DNA of 64,000 nucleotides from Chloroflexia bacterium (GTDB lineage Bacteria; Chloroflexota; Chloroflexia; QHBQ01; JADMIH01), in contig DAOTTC010000006.1 of NCBI GenBank assembly GCA_034437815.1, forward strand, positions 1,616 to 65,615, read 5' to 3'. The notes beneath the pieces were generated by a model, which worked only from the letters and a program-made list of their open reading frames with translations, ran no database searches and was not told the DNA's origin. Shown piece after piece: positions 63,803 to 64,000 of this stretch; position 1 is the stretch's first letter, and every line of letters begins with the position of its first letter. Position numbers and translations under genes: made by a program.

Positions 63803-64000
63803 TTATTTGCAGTATTTAGCAACTTGTTCGAGCCAATAATCATACCCCCGTGTTGGTTGGAAATAGGTAACTATGTTACCTGTTTCGTCTATTATAGCAA
63901 ACTCATTTGTGGCTCTATTATATAAATAATGCCAACCTCCTTTAGACTGAAAATAATTCCAAATGTCCGATGTATAATATTTTGGTCCAGTTGTAGAACG
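63803..64000 (-). CDS. C-terminal end of a polymorphic-toxin-type protein (5' part outside window)
   Basis: Minus-strand frame is open to the window edge: ...RSTTGPKYYTSDIWNYFQSKGGWHYLYNRATNEFAIIDETGNIVTYFQPTRGYDYWLEQVAKYCK*. The call rests on context (immunity-like gene, then orphan RHS-CT). Confidence 0.4.
   Translation of the reverse strand, partial: RSTTGPKYYTSDIWNYFQSKGGWHYLYNRATNEFAIIDETGNIVTYFQPTRGYDYWLEQVAKYCK

Overview
High-GC bacterial chromosomal segment with about 55 credible protein genes on both strands. The gene content suggests Chloroflexota, but this is inference only: RecD2, a TPR/V4R protein, a GH5 enzyme with YFPxTGH C-terminal repeats, T-box and S-box leaders, and an intein-containing class II RNR. 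Positions 1 to ~53.6 kb are mostly housekeeping. They hold the 3' part of nrdJ with a LAGLIDADG intein, ftsH, htrA, mltG, miaA, hflX, a stand-alone groES, ssb-recD2, thrS behind a T-box, an ABC-2 exporter, and several NUDIX, methyltransferase and peptidase genes. metH and a YitJ-like homocysteine-methyltransferase/MTHFR fusion each sit behind a near-identical SAM-I riboswitch. Two layers are not explained by ordinary gene annotation. (i) A modular, G/C-tract-rich dispersed repeat family occurs in at least 12 almost entirely intergenic copies. Two copies sit exactly at gene-truncation or island junctions. (ii) From 53,659 to the right edge lies a co-directional, compositionally patchy conflict island. 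It begins at a tRNA-His 3' half plus a decayed integrase. It carries a short DUF45 Zn-protease, a type I R-M system with a VapBC pair inserted between hsdS and hsdR, an Rx4H (HEPN-like) protein, and RHS/polymorphic-toxin C-terminal plus immunity cassettes. This island is my best candidate for an undescribed system. I saw no rRNA, no intact tRNA, no CRISPR array and no transposase ORF. RNA-element and start-codon coordinates are hand-derived and approximate (about +/-10 nt).
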